IMG/VR virus record: IMGVR_UViG_3300031972_002304
Location: 2,522 to 66,521 of that record
Strand: one strand, 5' to 3'
Source: a virus
DNA: 64,000 bases
The notes under the pieces were generated by a model. It saw only the letters and a program-made list of their open reading frames with translations, did no database searches and was not told the origin of the DNA. Made by a program: the position numbers and the translations under genes. This document shows positions 46,689 through 56,464 of the stretch, in pieces (position 1 is the first letter of the stretch; the number at the start of each line of letters is the position of its first letter).

Positions 46689-48352
46689 ACTTCGGCGCCG
46701 CCTATTACCGGCCCGGCATGTGGCGCATCCGCCTGAAGCCGCACGTCTCGCTGCGCTTCAAGCAGATGTTCCCCAGCATCAAGAAGGGCGACGTCTCGCC
46801 GTTCCACCTCGTCGATCGGCCGGACACGGCGGTTGATCTCGAATGGTTCTTCTCCCGCTATCCCGTCACCCTCTCGGATGCTGCGGCTGATCGGCTGCGC
46901 ACCGGCGTCGCCGAGAGCCGCCGCCGCGAAGAGGCGCGAGATGCGATCCTCGCCGGCGACTGGCGGCCGGGCGCCGCGGTCGGCTTCAAGGAAGGCCGGG
47001 CGCCATTCCCCTATCAGGCCCGCGCCGCCGCGCTCGCGAGGGAAACCGGGCGGCTCCTGCTGCTTGACGACGTCGGCCTCGGCAAGACGATCTCGTCGCT
47101 CGCCGTCATTGCGGACGGTGAGCACCTGCCGGCGGCGATCGTGGTGCAGCCGCACCTCTCCAGCCAGTGGATCGCCAACTACATCAACGATTTCACGCAT
47201 CTGCGCGCGCACGAGATCAAGACGACGAAGCCCTACCGGCTGCCGCACGCCGACGTCTACGTCTTCCGCTACTCCAACATCGCTGGCTGGGCCGACTATG
47301 CTGCGGACGCCGATTTCAAGGCGGTCATCTTCGACGAGATCCAGGAGCTTCGCCACGGCGACAAGACGTCGAAGGGCAGGGCGGCGCAGGCTTTCGTCGC
47401 GTCGCGCCCGCTCGTCATGGGGCTCACGGCGACGCCGATCTACAATTACGGCAGCGAGATCTTCAACGTCGTCGAGCTGATCGCACCCGGCGCGTTCGGC
47501 AGTTGGGACGAGTTCCTCACGGAGTGGTGCCGCCCGCACGGCAATCATTGGGTGGTGAAGGATCCGGGCGCGCTCGGCAGCTACCTCCAGGAGTCCGCGA
47601 TCGCGCTGCGGCGGACCGAGGACAGCGAGGAGGTGAAGAGCCAGCTCCCACCGCTGAATCGCGTCATCTTCGAGGTCGACTGGAACACCGACGACGCGCA
47701 GGACGACCAGGCGCTTCGGAGGGCGCTGGCGCAGCGGGTGCTGCATGGATCGTTCACCGACCGCGGCCAGGCGGCACGCGAGCTCGACCTGATGATGCGA
47801 CAGATGACCGGTGTCGCGAAGGCGAGGTCGGTCGCCGCCTACGTCCGGATGCTGGTCGAGGCCGGCGAGCCCGTGCTCCTCGCCGGCTGGCACCGCGAGG
47901 TCTACTCGATCTGGCTCAAGGCGCTCGCCGACCTCAACCCGGTGATGTTCACTGGCACGGAATCGCAGAACAAGAAGCGCGAGGCGAAGGCCGCCTTCAT
48001 GGACGGACGGTCAAAGGTCATGATCATGTCGCTCCGGTCCGGCGCCGGCCTCGACGGGCTCCAGCACCGCGCCGCGCATGTGGTCTATGGCGAACTCGAC
48101 TGGTCGCCGCAGGTGCATGTGCAGGTGACCGGCCGTCTCCGGCGTCGCGGGCAGAAGCGTCAGGTCACCGCCCACTTCCTGCACGTCGACAACGGATCCG
48201 ACCCGGTCCTGATGGAGACGCTTGGCCTGAAGGCCTCGCAGTCGCACGGGATCCTCAACCCCTACAGCAGCGGCCCGACCGAGCAGCAGCAGGACCAGAC
48301 CCGCATGCAGCGGCTGGCGCGGCAGGTGCTCGGCTTGGGCGAGGAGGAATGA
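46685..48352 (+). CDS. SNF2-family helicase
   Basis: DDVGLGKT, DEIQ, LTATP, GLDGLQ, Q..GR..R.GQ. Confidence 0.93.
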   Translation: MNFGAAYYRPGMWRIRLKPHVSLRFKQMFPSIKKGDVSPFHLVDRPDTAVDLEWFFSRYPVTLSDAAADRLRTGVAESRRREEARDAILAGDWRPGAAVGFKEGRAPFPYQARAAALARETGRLLLLDDVGLGKTISSLAVIADGEHLPAAIVVQPHLSSQWIANYINDFTHLRAHEIKTTKPYRLPHADVYVFRYSNIAGWADYAADADFKAVIFDEIQELRHGDKTSKGRAAQAFVASRPLVMGLTATPIYNYGSEIFNVVELIAPGAFGSWDEFLTEWCRPHGNHWVVKDPGALGSYLQESAIALRRTEDSEEVKSQLPPLNRVIFEVDWNTDDAQDDQALRRALAQRVLHGSFTDRGQAARELDLMMRQMTGVAKARSVAAYVRMLVEAGEPVLLAGWHREVYSIWLKALADLNPVMFTGTESQNKKREAKAAFMDGRSKVMIMSLRSGAGLDGLQHRAAHVVYGELDWSPQVHVQVTGRLRRRGQKRQVTAHFLHVDNGSDPVLMETLGLKASQSHGILNPYSSGPTEQQQDQTRMQRLARQVLGLGEEE

Positions 48353-48531
48353 CGATGAGAGTGGTGGTCTATGACGATGAAGGTTTCATCGCGCTCGACT
48401 ACGACGAGACGTCCGAAAACGTCCTGGCGCCAAGCAACGATGAGAAGGCGGATGTCTTCCGCGTTCTGACTGTCGCTCGAAATACCGTCGCGGCGGCAAG
48501 CGAAGTAGCGGCGAGGGGTACGAAACGATGA
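48349..48531 (+). CDS. Hypothetical protein
   Basis: ATGA coupled on both sides. Confidence 0.55.
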   Translation: MTMRVVVYDDEGFIALDYDETSENVLAPSNDEKADVFRVLTVARNTVAAASEVAARGTKR

Positions 48532-49070
48532 TGCTCCTCGCCCTCGACCCATCGAACCAGATGGGCTTCTGCTTTGGCCAGCACGACGGCACGCCAATTT
48601 ACGGCACCCACCGGCTGCCCAAGGCGCGCTTCTCTCGCCAGGCGCTCGCGCTCGAGGAGATGCTCCTCGACATGATCAAGGCCAATGGGATCGAGCGCGT
48701 CTACGCGGAGAAGCCGATCATGCCCCGCGTCACCTCGTTCGACGCGATGATCGCCATGGCCGGCAAGGCGGCCGTCATCGGCATGACGTGCGCCCGCATC
48801 GGGATCGATCTCGTCTACGTCGACATGGCGTCGTGGCGCAGCGAGTTCGGCGTCCCGACGCAGGCGCCCAAGCGGGTCGAGAAGAAGGACCGGCGGAAGT
48901 GGGTGAAGGCCGCGACGATCGCGCGGTGCGAGGCGCTTGGTTACGCGCCGCAGGACGACAATTCAGCGGACGCGATCGGCATCTGGTGGAGCCGGGCGGA
49001 GGCCATCCGCGCGCGCGAGGCCGCGCCGACGCTGTTCGAGACGGACATCACTGAAGGCATGGAGGTCTGA
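48528..49070 (+). CDS. RuvC-like Holliday junction resolvase
   Basis: LALDPS..G, YAE, DDNSADAIGI motifs. Confidence 0.85.
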   Translation: MMLLALDPSNQMGFCFGQHDGTPIYGTHRLPKARFSRQALALEEMLLDMIKANGIERVYAEKPIMPRVTSFDAMIAMAGKAAVIGMTCARIGIDLVYVDMASWRSEFGVPTQAPKRVEKKDRRKWVKAATIARCEALGYAPQDDNSADAIGIWWSRAEAIRAREAAPTLFETDITEGMEV

Positions 49071-50003
49071 ATGCCCTCCTGGAATGGGCCCGAAAGTCGA
49101 TGGGTTGGCGGATTGGCGCACTGGACGTCGGGCGACCGCGCCTACCTTTCGGTTGCCTTCACGTTCCGACTGCCAGAGGCGCGCAAACTCGCTGTCTACT
49201 ACTCGACCCTTGGGCTCAAGGTTTTCGCCGGCGGTCCGGCCTTGGCTCACGTGAAGACGCAGAAATTCATGGAAGATGTCGCATGGGTTCCGCGCGGTGC
49301 AGGCAATCCCGGTCGGTTGGACGGCGCCCTTCAGCGCCACAACCCGGCGGCTACGATCGCGAGCAGGGGGTGCTCCGAAAAATGCAGCTTCTGCATTGTG
49401 CCGTTCATGGAGGGCGATTTCACCGAGTTGCCGGATTTCCCGGTCCTGCCGGTGCTCTGCGACAACAATCTGTCCGGCCTGCCGGCGGAATACCAGGATC
49501 ACATCGTTCGGCGCTATCAGGAGGAGGACATTCCGCTCCTAGACGCAAACAGTGGGTTCGAGCCACGATCGTTCTCGGCGGTGGTCTTCGATCGGTGGCG
49601 CACCATCAATCGCGGCGTCTGGCGGCTCGCCTATGACGATATGGCGGAACGGGAGTTCATCCGCGAGGCTATGGCGGTTCTTCGCACGGCAGGTGTCGGG
49701 CCTCGAAAAATTCAGATCTACACGCTCCTCGGCAACGAGCCGTATGACGCCTGCATGCAGCGGATACGGGAGGTCATCGAGTGGGGCGGTGAGCCATTCT
49801 GCCAGCCGCTGATGAAGCTCAATTCGCTAACCCGCGATCCTCACGTCAAACACGATTGGACCGCGCAGAAGCTCCGGGCCGTCGCGCGTTGGGCGAACAA
49901 CCATATGTGGCGATCGGATGCCCCGCGCTTTGAAGACTACGACCCGAAGGTCAGGCGAGCCACGCGCGCCAAATATGATCCGAGGCAGGGCCTTATGATC
50001 TGA
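49071..50003 (+). CDS. Radical SAM protein
   Basis: SRGCSEKCSFC.VP..EG (CxxxCxxC), DNN, AGGPA. Confidence 0.88.
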   Translation: MPSWNGPESRWVGGLAHWTSGDRAYLSVAFTFRLPEARKLAVYYSTLGLKVFAGGPALAHVKTQKFMEDVAWVPRGAGNPGRLDGALQRHNPAATIASRGCSEKCSFCIVPFMEGDFTELPDFPVLPVLCDNNLSGLPAEYQDHIVRRYQEEDIPLLDANSGFEPRSFSAVVFDRWRTINRGVWRLAYDDMAEREFIREAMAVLRTAGVGPRKIQIYTLLGNEPYDACMQRIREVIEWGGEPFCQPLMKLNSLTRDPHVKHDWTAQKLRAVARWANNHMWRSDAPRFEDYDPKVRRATRAKYDPRQGLMI

Positions 50004-51061
50004 TGGCTCGCTTCGATCCGCGCCTTCTCGACGACATCCGCGACCGGCTGCCGATCTCATCGGTGGTCGGTTCTCGCGTGACGTGGGATCGGAGGAAGAC
50101 GAACCCGGGCCGCGGCGACTTCTGGGCCTGCTGCCCTATCCACGGGGAGAGGAGCCCGTCCTTCCATTGCGAGGACCAGAAGGGGCGCTACCACTGCTTC
50201 GGCTGCGGGATCTCGGGCGACGTGTTCCGATTCCTCCAGGAGGTGGACGGGGTCTCCTTCCCGCGGGCGGTTGAGATGGCGGCGCAGCTCGCCGGCGTGC
50301 CCATGCCCGGCGCACGCGAGGAGACCGCCGCCGAGAAGGCTGAGCGCGACCGCCGAGCGGCGGAGCTGGAGCGGAAGAAGCAGCGCGACGCCGATCGCGC
50401 GGCGCGGGAGGACGAGCGCAAGCTCGCCACTGCCGCCGGCATCTGGCGATCGACGCAGCCGCTCGCCGGGACGCTCGCTGAGATCTATCTCCGCTCGCGC
50501 GGGATCGCGGCGGCCATGTTCGTCGACGAGCCGAACCTGCGGTTTCACCCTGCGCTTCCATATCCCGGCGACGGCAAGCACCCGGCGCTCGTCGCCCGCG
50601 TCCAGCGCGCCGACGGCACCGGCTGCGGCGTCTGGCGGATCTACCTGGCGCCGGACGGCCGAGGCAAGGCCGACGTCGAGAACGCCAAGCTCGGCCTCGG
50701 CAATGTCCGCGGCGGCGCCGTGCGGCTCGGCGGCGAGGGAACGACTATCGGCATCGCCGAGGGCGTCGAGACCGCGCTTGCCGCCAGGGAGATGGACAGA
50801 CGGCATCCGATCTGGGCCGGCCTGTCGACTTCCGGCATGCAGACATTCGAGCCGCCGGAGTTCGTGAAGCGCGTCCTGATCTATCCCGACGGCGACTCGC
50901 CGCGGTGGAGGGACGGTGAGGTGAAGGGCCCTCCTGGAATTCGTGCCGCCATCCTGCTGCGCGATCGGCTTTCCGGCGCGGGGATGCCGGTGTCGATCGT
51001 TGAGCCTCCGGTCGGCGGCGACTACCTCGACATCCTCAAGGCGATGAAGGCGCTCGCCTGA
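50003..51061 (+). CDS. DNA primase (CHC2 Zn finger + Toprim)
   Basis: CCPIHGERSPSF, HCFGCG, YLRSRGI, AEGVETAL, YPDGD. Confidence 0.93.
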   Translation: MARFDPRLLDDIRDRLPISSVVGSRVTWDRRKTNPGRGDFWACCPIHGERSPSFHCEDQKGRYHCFGCGISGDVFRFLQEVDGVSFPRAVEMAAQLAGVPMPGAREETAAEKAERDRRAAELERKKQRDADRAAREDERKLATAAGIWRSTQPLAGTLAEIYLRSRGIAAAMFVDEPNLRFHPALPYPGDGKHPALVARVQRADGTGCGVWRIYLAPDGRGKADVENAKLGLGNVRGGAVRLGGEGTTIGIAEGVETALAAREMDRRHPIWAGLSTSGMQTFEPPEFVKRVLIYPDGDSPRWRDGEVKGPPGIRAAILLRDRLSGAGMPVSIVEPPVGGDYLDILKAMKALA

Positions 51062-51203
51062 GCAAATCCTGTGCGAGTCTACGATCAGACCACGCTAACC
51101 GCGCCGCCAGCCCGCAGCACGCCGCCCCGGCCGCGATCATTACCGTCGCCATGACGGCCTGCGCCATCCCGCTCGTCACCGTTTCCACCACCGCCTGCGT
51201 CAT
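51036..51203 (-). CDS. Small membrane peptide (55 aa)
   Basis: GGAGG RBS; MTQAVVETVTSGMAQAVMATVMIAAGAACCGLAARLAWSDRR... Confidence 0.45.
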   Translation of the reverse strand: MTQAVVETVTSGMAQAVMATVMIAAGAACCGLAARLAWSDRRLAQDLLRRAPSSP

Positions 51204-51226
51204 CTTGCGCCTCCATCCGTTGCGAT

Positions 51227-51287
51227 GTGTCGCTTATAGGCGCCGAGCGGTTAACGGCTGGTAAATTTCGTCGGAAATAAGCGACAT
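51227..51287. promoter_or_regulatory. Operator pair in an internal control region
   Basis: GTGTCG-N8-CGCCGA and TCGTCG-GAAATAAG-CGACAT. Confidence 0.6.
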
Positions 51288-51500
51288 CACGTGTTGCTTT
51301 TGGCGCTTTCGCGGGGCATGGTTTGTCCATCGAAACGCACCGTCGATGGAGCATCCAGTGCGCGCACCCGATTCCTCACGCATTCTTGACATCAAGCCTT
51401 TCGTGCCGGTCGGCGGCGCGGCTGCGGCGGTCGTCGCCCAGGCCGCCGCGCTCAAGGCCGCGCGCGGCAACGTCGCCAATCGCCCGACGGACGAACGCTG

Positions 51501-52031
51501 ATGCCGCGGGCGTGGACAACCGAGGACGACCGGCGGCTCCTCGAGCTCAAAGCCGCCGACACTCCCCTTCGTCAGATCGCCGCAGAGCTTCATCGCAACC
51601 GGACCGGCGTCGAGACGCGCTTGCAGCAGCTCGGCCATGCCGTGCAGGTTCGCCAGCCGCTCGCAGACGAGACGATCTGCGCGGCGTGCGACGAGATGAT
51701 CCTCGCCGGGAAGACGGCGGTGGCGATCTCGGCCGCGTTGACCGAACGCTTCGGCGTCATCGTGAAGGCGTGGCAGGTGCGCGGCCGCAGCTTGCGCATC
51801 CAGGATCAGGTGCGCCGGAAGCGGGCGGAAGACCTCGCCGCAGCCGAAGCCGCCGCTCACGCCGCTGCGGAGCGAGCGGCAAAGGAGCCCCGAGAAGTCC
51901 GCTGCGGCGATCTCGTCATTTCAGTCGCGCGCCGAGAGGTTCCCGATACCAGCGTGATGAAGGACGGCCGCTTTCCGCGCGTGCATGTCTCGCTGCCGCG
52001 CATCTCGATGGGCGAGGCCGCCGCGTCGTGA
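51501..52031 (+). CDS. HTH (Myb/GcrA-like) protein
   Basis: WTTEDDRRL..IAAELHR. Confidence 0.65.
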   Translation: MPRAWTTEDDRRLLELKAADTPLRQIAAELHRNRTGVETRLQQLGHAVQVRQPLADETICAACDEMILAGKTAVAISAALTERFGVIVKAWQVRGRSLRIQDQVRRKRAEDLAAAEAAAHAAAERAAKEPREVRCGDLVISVARREVPDTSVMKDGRFPRVHVSLPRISMGEAAAS

Positions 52032-52972
52032 CTGCGTACTACAACGAAATCGATCAGGACGCAGCTGGGATCCTTCGGCGGCTCATAGCCGATGACGTGA
52101 TTGCCCCCGGCGAAGTCGACACTCGCTCAATTCAGGAAGTCTCGGCCGATGACCTTCGAGGGTTCACGCAATGCCACTTCTTTGCCGGCGGGGGCCTTTG
52201 GTCAGTCGCAGCTCGACTTGCTGGATGGCCTGACGATCGCGAGCTCTGGACCGGGTCGTGCCCTTGCCAGCCCTTCAGCACTGCCGGCAACGGGCTCGGG
52301 TTCGATGATCCAAGGCATCTGTGGCCCGACTTTCATCGCCTCATCCGTGCCAGACGGCCCGCTGTCGTCATGGGAGAGCAAGTTGCGCGAAAGGCTGGGC
52401 TCGATTGGTTCGACCGAGTCCGCTCTGATCTGGCGTCGGACGGTTTCGCCAGCCGGCCTGTCGTTATCCCGGCTTGCGCCGTTGACGCGCCGCAGATCAG
52501 AGAGCGCATCTATTGGGCCGCGATCGACATGGCCTGCGCCGCAGGTGGCGTTGTCGCATGCGGAAGATCCGGAGAAGCACGCGGCGCGGCAAAAGCGCAT
52601 GACGGCGAAGGGTTCGAGATTCCCTGGGCAGAACCTGCCGACGTTGATGACTGCGGCCTGGGCCGCAGTCACGGCGAGGGACGGCAAGAACGCCAACGCG
52701 AAGCCGTTCAAGGAACGCGGAGGCGGGAAGAAGGGCGAGCAACTGGTGAACCAGATCGCTCACTTCGCTCCAGGAACTGCTCTTGGTGGACTGACGCCGA
52801 GTGGCTTGCCTGTCACGACGGGAAAGCGCGGCGTGCCAAACCCGGTCTTTGCCTTCTGGTTGATGGGCTTCCCGGACGAGTGGGTCTCTGGCGCGTTGGC
52901 GGCAATGCGATCTCGCCAATCCTCGCGGCGGAAGTGATCGCGGCTTTCCTGGATTCCGAGGCAGCCGCATGA
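52028..52972 (+). CDS. C5 cytosine DNA methyltransferase, alpha chain
   Basis: HFFAGGG (I), GSCPCQPFS (IV), EQV (VI), QIRERIY (VIII), GNAI (X). Confidence 0.9.
   Translation: MTAYYNEIDQDAAGILRRLIADDVIAPGEVDTRSIQEVSADDLRGFTQCHFFAGGGLWSVAARLAGWPDDRELWTGSCPCQPFSTAGNGLGFDDPRHLWPDFHRLIRARRPAVVMGEQVARKAGLDWFDRVRSDLASDGFASRPVVIPACAVDAPQIRERIYWAAIDMACAAGGVVACGRSGEARGAAKAHDGEGFEIPWAEPADVDDCGLGRSHGEGRQERQREAVQGTRRREEGRATGEPDRSLRSRNCSWWTDAEWLACHDGKARRAKPGLCLLVDGLPGRVGLWRVGGNAISPILAAEVIAAFLDSEAAA
52149..52937 (+). CDS. Nested alternative-frame ORF, putative MTase beta chain
   Basis: Open +1 frame ending PNPVFAFWLMGFPDEW (motif IX-like); start uncertain. Confidence 0.65.
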   Translation: MTFEGSRNATSLPAGAFGQSQLDLLDGLTIASSGPGRALASPSALPATGSGSMIQGICGPTFIASSVPDGPLSSWESKLRERLGSIGSTESALIWRRTVSPAGLSLSRLAPLTRRRSESASIGPRSTWPAPQVALSHAEDPEKHAARQKRMTAKGSRFPGQNLPTLMTAAWAAVTARDGKNANAKPFKERGGGKKGEQLVNQIAHFAPGTALGGLTPSGLPVTTGKRGVPNPVFAFWLMGFPDEWVSGALAAMRSRQSSRRK

Positions 52973-54393
52973 GCAACCGCCGCCGAGAGCAATTGCTGCC
53001 GGCCACCGACTCGGCACCGGGGCACGAGCGGGCGATCATCGCCTACTGCCTGACGAACCCGGCCGAGTTCTTCGACGTCAGCGATCGGCTCCAGCCGGCG
53101 CACTTTTCCGTCACCAGGCATGCCCGCATATGGGAGGCGATGCAGAAGGTCGCCGCCGGCGGCCACACGCCCAACCGGCTGCAGGTCCGCCTGCGCATCG
53201 CCCCAGAGGATCTTAAGGAAGACACCACCCTCGAGATGTTCCTCGGTGCCCTGATCCACGAGCTTCAGGGCAACATGGAGGGCTTCGACTTCCTCGCCTA
53301 TGTCGACACGGTCGCCTCGCTCGGCCAGCGCCGGCAAATGCTCGATGCGATGCAGGACGCCATGGTGCGGATCCGCGCCATGGACTCGTCCGTGCCGAAC
53401 GAGGATCTCGTCGATGAGGCGGTGCGGGCGATCACCGCGTCCACCGGCCGGTCCTTCGACCGCGACATGCGGACCTATGGCGAATTCGCTGACGAGGTGG
53501 CGCAGCGCGTCACGGCATCGCTGGACGCGGGCGAGGGCGGCGGCATCGGCCTGTCGCCCGGCCTGAAGGCGGTCGAGGAGGTCATGGGCCCGCTGATCGG
53601 CGGCAAGGTCTATGTCCTCGCCGGCATGTCGTCGGGCGGCAAGTCCGCGCTGGCGAAGACGATCGTCGAGGCGGCCTCGCTTGACGCCAAGCGCAAGGGG
53701 CTCGGTTGGGCCTATGTGGCCAGCCTGGAAATGAACGGGCAAGAGCACGCTGCCCGCGCCTTGGCCGATTTCCTCCGCATCCCGTCCTACAAGATCGAGC
53801 GGGCGGCTCTGAACCGCGCCGAGGTCGACATGATCGCCACGCGCGGCCGGGAAAAGCTTCACCAATACCCGATCCTGATCGACCAGCGCCGGCGGATGAA
53901 CATGGAGATGATCCGGGCCCGTATGGCTCAGGTCCGAATCCAGCGCGGCCTGTCGCTCGCCGTGATCGACCACCTCCTCCTCATCCGCGGCGGCAAGAAG
54001 GACTCCCTCATGGACCGGGTCATGGAGGCGGTGATCGAGGCGAAGATCATGGCCGGCGAATTCAACATCCCGATCATCCTCCTCGCCCAGATCAACGAAA
54101 AGAACCTCCTGGACAGGCCGAGCGGCTGGCCGATCGCTTCGGACCTCTTCGGCGGGGCGTCGATCACGCAGAACGCCGACATCGTCGCCTTCATCCACCG
54201 CCCTGAACTCGTCACTCGCAAGAAGGAGCCGAAGAAGGAGGCGACCGAGCAGCACGACAAGTGGACCCAGCAGCTGGAGCGTGAGCGCGGCAAGGCCTGG
54301 TTCTTCTCGGACAAATCGCGCGGCATGGAAGGCGGCGTCAAGCGCGAGCTCACCTTCGACGGTGCCACGACCAGCTTCAAGGACGTGTCATGA
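52969..54393 (+). CDS. dnaB: DnaB-like replicative helicase
   Basis: GMSSGGKS, SLEM, VIDHL, LAQIN, RP..SDL..I.QNAD. Confidence 0.93.
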   Translation: MSNRRREQLLPATDSAPGHERAIIAYCLTNPAEFFDVSDRLQPAHFSVTRHARIWEAMQKVAAGGHTPNRLQVRLRIAPEDLKEDTTLEMFLGALIHELQGNMEGFDFLAYVDTVASLGQRRQMLDAMQDAMVRIRAMDSSVPNEDLVDEAVRAITASTGRSFDRDMRTYGEFADEVAQRVTASLDAGEGGGIGLSPGLKAVEEVMGPLIGGKVYVLAGMSSGGKSALAKTIVEAASLDAKRKGLGWAYVASLEMNGQEHAARALADFLRIPSYKIERAALNRAEVDMIATRGREKLHQYPILIDQRRRMNMEMIRARMAQVRIQRGLSLAVIDHLLLIRGGKKDSLMDRVMEAVIEAKIMAGEFNIPIILLAQINEKNLLDRPSGWPIASDLFGGASITQNADIVAFIHRPELVTRKKEPKKEATEQHDKWTQQLERERGKAWFFSDKSRGMEGGVKRELTFDGATTSFKDVS

Positions 54394-54692
54394 GCGACGC
54401 CCCGCACTTGCACGTCAGTCACCACGCGATCAACCGCTACTCCGAGCGCATCCTCATGGGGCCGGCTTCGATCAACGATCGCGCCACGCTCTTCGCGCTC
54501 GAGGCCGAGATCTTCTGCCTCCTCGCCCGGTGCAATCTTCCGCAGTTCCCTCGCTACGTCGCCACGGTCGGCCGGGCGAGGTTCGTCATCATCGGCGGTG
54601 TCGTCGTCACGACGCTGGCGCCCGGCGGCGTCGCGTGGGTCGGCCGCCACGCTCCCAACCATCAGACAGAGGTCGAGATCCATGACCGCTAA
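54390..54692 (+). CDS. Hypothetical protein
   Basis: VSHHAINRY.ER..VVT motif; ATGA coupling. Confidence 0.6.
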   Translation: MSDAPHLHVSHHAINRYSERILMGPASINDRATLFALEAEIFCLLARCNLPQFPRYVATVGRARFVIIGGVVVTTLAPGGVAWVGRHAPNHQTEVEIHDR

Positions 54693-55080
54693 AGCCGGCA
54701 ACAGCTGGCGCGCCTTTGCCCTTCCGTTCGGCACGAGCTTCCAAGCGATGGTTTGCGTCCCGCACAAGGCCGAGCCCTACTCGCTGAAGCGGGATGGCAA
54801 GCCGATCCTTTTCCCACGGGAGGGGGCGGCCCGGCGCGCGGCCTATGAGCACATCGTCGACGACATCCTGCAGCGGCCGATCTACGCCGAGAACCTCGCG
54901 CCTCGGCTGACCGAGCACGAGAAGCTTCAGCATCAGGTCTTCGGCGCCGCCGGCGTGCAGCCGGACCATACGGCCGAGCAGACGTTCGGCGTCGTCTTCC
55001 AGAAGGGCCGCAATGGCAGCAGCCACGAGGTCAAGGTCGAGAGGATAGGCCGGCGGCGCCGGCGGAGGGAAAGCAAATGA
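54682..55080 (+). CDS. Hypothetical protein
   Basis: GAGG RBS; overlaps neighbours. Confidence 0.6.
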   Translation: MTAKAGNSWRAFALPFGTSFQAMVCVPHKAEPYSLKRDGKPILFPREGAARRAAYEHIVDDILQRPIYAENLAPRLTEHEKLQHQVFGAAGVQPDHTAEQTFGVVFQKGRNGSSHEVKVERIGRRRRRRESK

Positions 55081-55370
55081 TTATCGGTCGCCGATCGAAG
55101 CACACGGACAAGAACCTCTACATCGCCTCGGTGCTGTTCCTGTACGGCCTGAGCGAGAGCCAGATCGCTCGCAAGATGACAGCCCATGGCCTGGGCGAGT
55201 TCACGAAGGGGCGCGTGTCGGGGATCCTCAACCGGACGCCGTTCCGCGGGCTCGACCATGCGAAGCGGCAGGAGAACCTCGACCATCTGAAGCAGCATCG
55301 GCTCGACGGCGGGATACTCGGCGAGTTCGTGTTCACGGCGAGCAGCAAGGACGGGAGGGGAGGGCGATGA
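55077..55370 (+). CDS. HTH-like hypothetical protein
   Basis: GLSESQIARKM..V.GIL; ATGA coupled. Confidence 0.6.
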   Translation: MIIGRRSKHTDKNLYIASVLFLYGLSESQIARKMTAHGLGEFTKGRVSGILNRTPFRGLDHAKRQENLDHLKQHRLDGGILGEFVFTASSKDGRGGR

Positions 55371-56464
55371 GCGAGACCTTCCTCGACGGTCGCGTGACAC
55401 TGCACGTCGGCGACGTGCGTCAGGTGCTCAGCAAGATGCCGGACACATCGGTCAACTGCGTCGTGACGAGCCCGCCTTACTTCGGACTGCGGGATTATGG
55501 CGTCGCTGGGCAGATCGGTCTGGAGGCGACGCCGTCAGAGTTCGTCGCGGCCATGGTCGACGTGTTCCGCGAGATACGGCGTGTCCTGCGTGATGATGGG
55601 ACGCTCTGGCTGAACCTCGGGGATAGCTACAACAATTCCGATAAGTGGGGCGGTGGCGGCGCCAACACCGGCAAGCATCGGCGCACACCGGATGGAGACG
55701 TAGCATCATGGAAAGCCGTGCGGCGCAAGTGGGGCGGCATGGAGGGGCTCAAGCCGAAAGACCTGATCGGAATCCCGTGGCGCGTCGCCTTCGCGCTTCA
55801 GGAAGACGGCTGGTATCTCCGCAAGGACATCATTTGGCACAAGCCAAATCCGATGCCGGAGAGCGTCACGGATCGCCCGACGAGCGCCCATGAGCATCTG
55901 TTCTTCCTGACGAAGTCGCAGCGGTACTGGTACGATGCGGATGCGATCCGCGAAGGAATGGCTCCTTCCAGCATAGCGCGCCTCTCTCAATCCAACCTGC
56001 AAAACCAGATCGGTTCAACGAGAGCCCACGCCGGAGGAAAGACCAACGGCAACATGAAGGCAGTCGGCCGCGTTCGCGGTGTTCCTCCTCGCCATGCTCA
56101 ATATGAAAGCAGCGATCAATCCGGCCTCGATGAGGTGACGCGCGGCGGCGGTCGGAATGCCCGCGACGTGTGGACGATCGCGACGCAGCCTTTCAGCGAG
56201 GCGCACTTCGCCACCTTCCCGCCAGAGCTTCCGCGTCGCTGCATCCTGGCGGGATGTCCGAAAGGCGGCGTCGTCCTCGACCCGTTCGGCGGCGCAGGTA
56301 CGACGGCGTTGGTCGCGCTGCGGCATGGGCGCAGGGCGGAACTGATCGAACTGAACCCCGAATATGCCGCGATGGCTCGGCGCCGCATCGAGACGGAGTG
56401 GCGGGTTCCGCAAGAACATGTCGCTGACGATTTCGGCCCGCTTTTCGCAGGAGATTTAGCATGA
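55367..56464 (+). CDS. N4-cytosine/N6-adenine DNA methyltransferase (beta class)
   Basis: TSPPY, IWHKPN, HFATFP, LDPFGGAGTT, IELN. Confidence 0.95.
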   Translation: MSETFLDGRVTLHVGDVRQVLSKMPDTSVNCVVTSPPYFGLRDYGVAGQIGLEATPSEFVAAMVDVFREIRRVLRDDGTLWLNLGDSYNNSDKWGGGGANTGKHRRTPDGDVASWKAVRRKWGGMEGLKPKDLIGIPWRVAFALQEDGWYLRKDIIWHKPNPMPESVTDRPTSAHEHLFFLTKSQRYWYDADAIREGMAPSSIARLSQSNLQNQIGSTRAHAGGKTNGNMKAVGRVRGVPPRHAQYESSDQSGLDEVTRGGGRNARDVWTIATQPFSEAHFATFPPELPRRCILAGCPKGGVVLDPFGGAGTTALVALRHGRRAELIELNPEYAAMARRRIETEWRVPQEHVADDFGPLFAGDLA

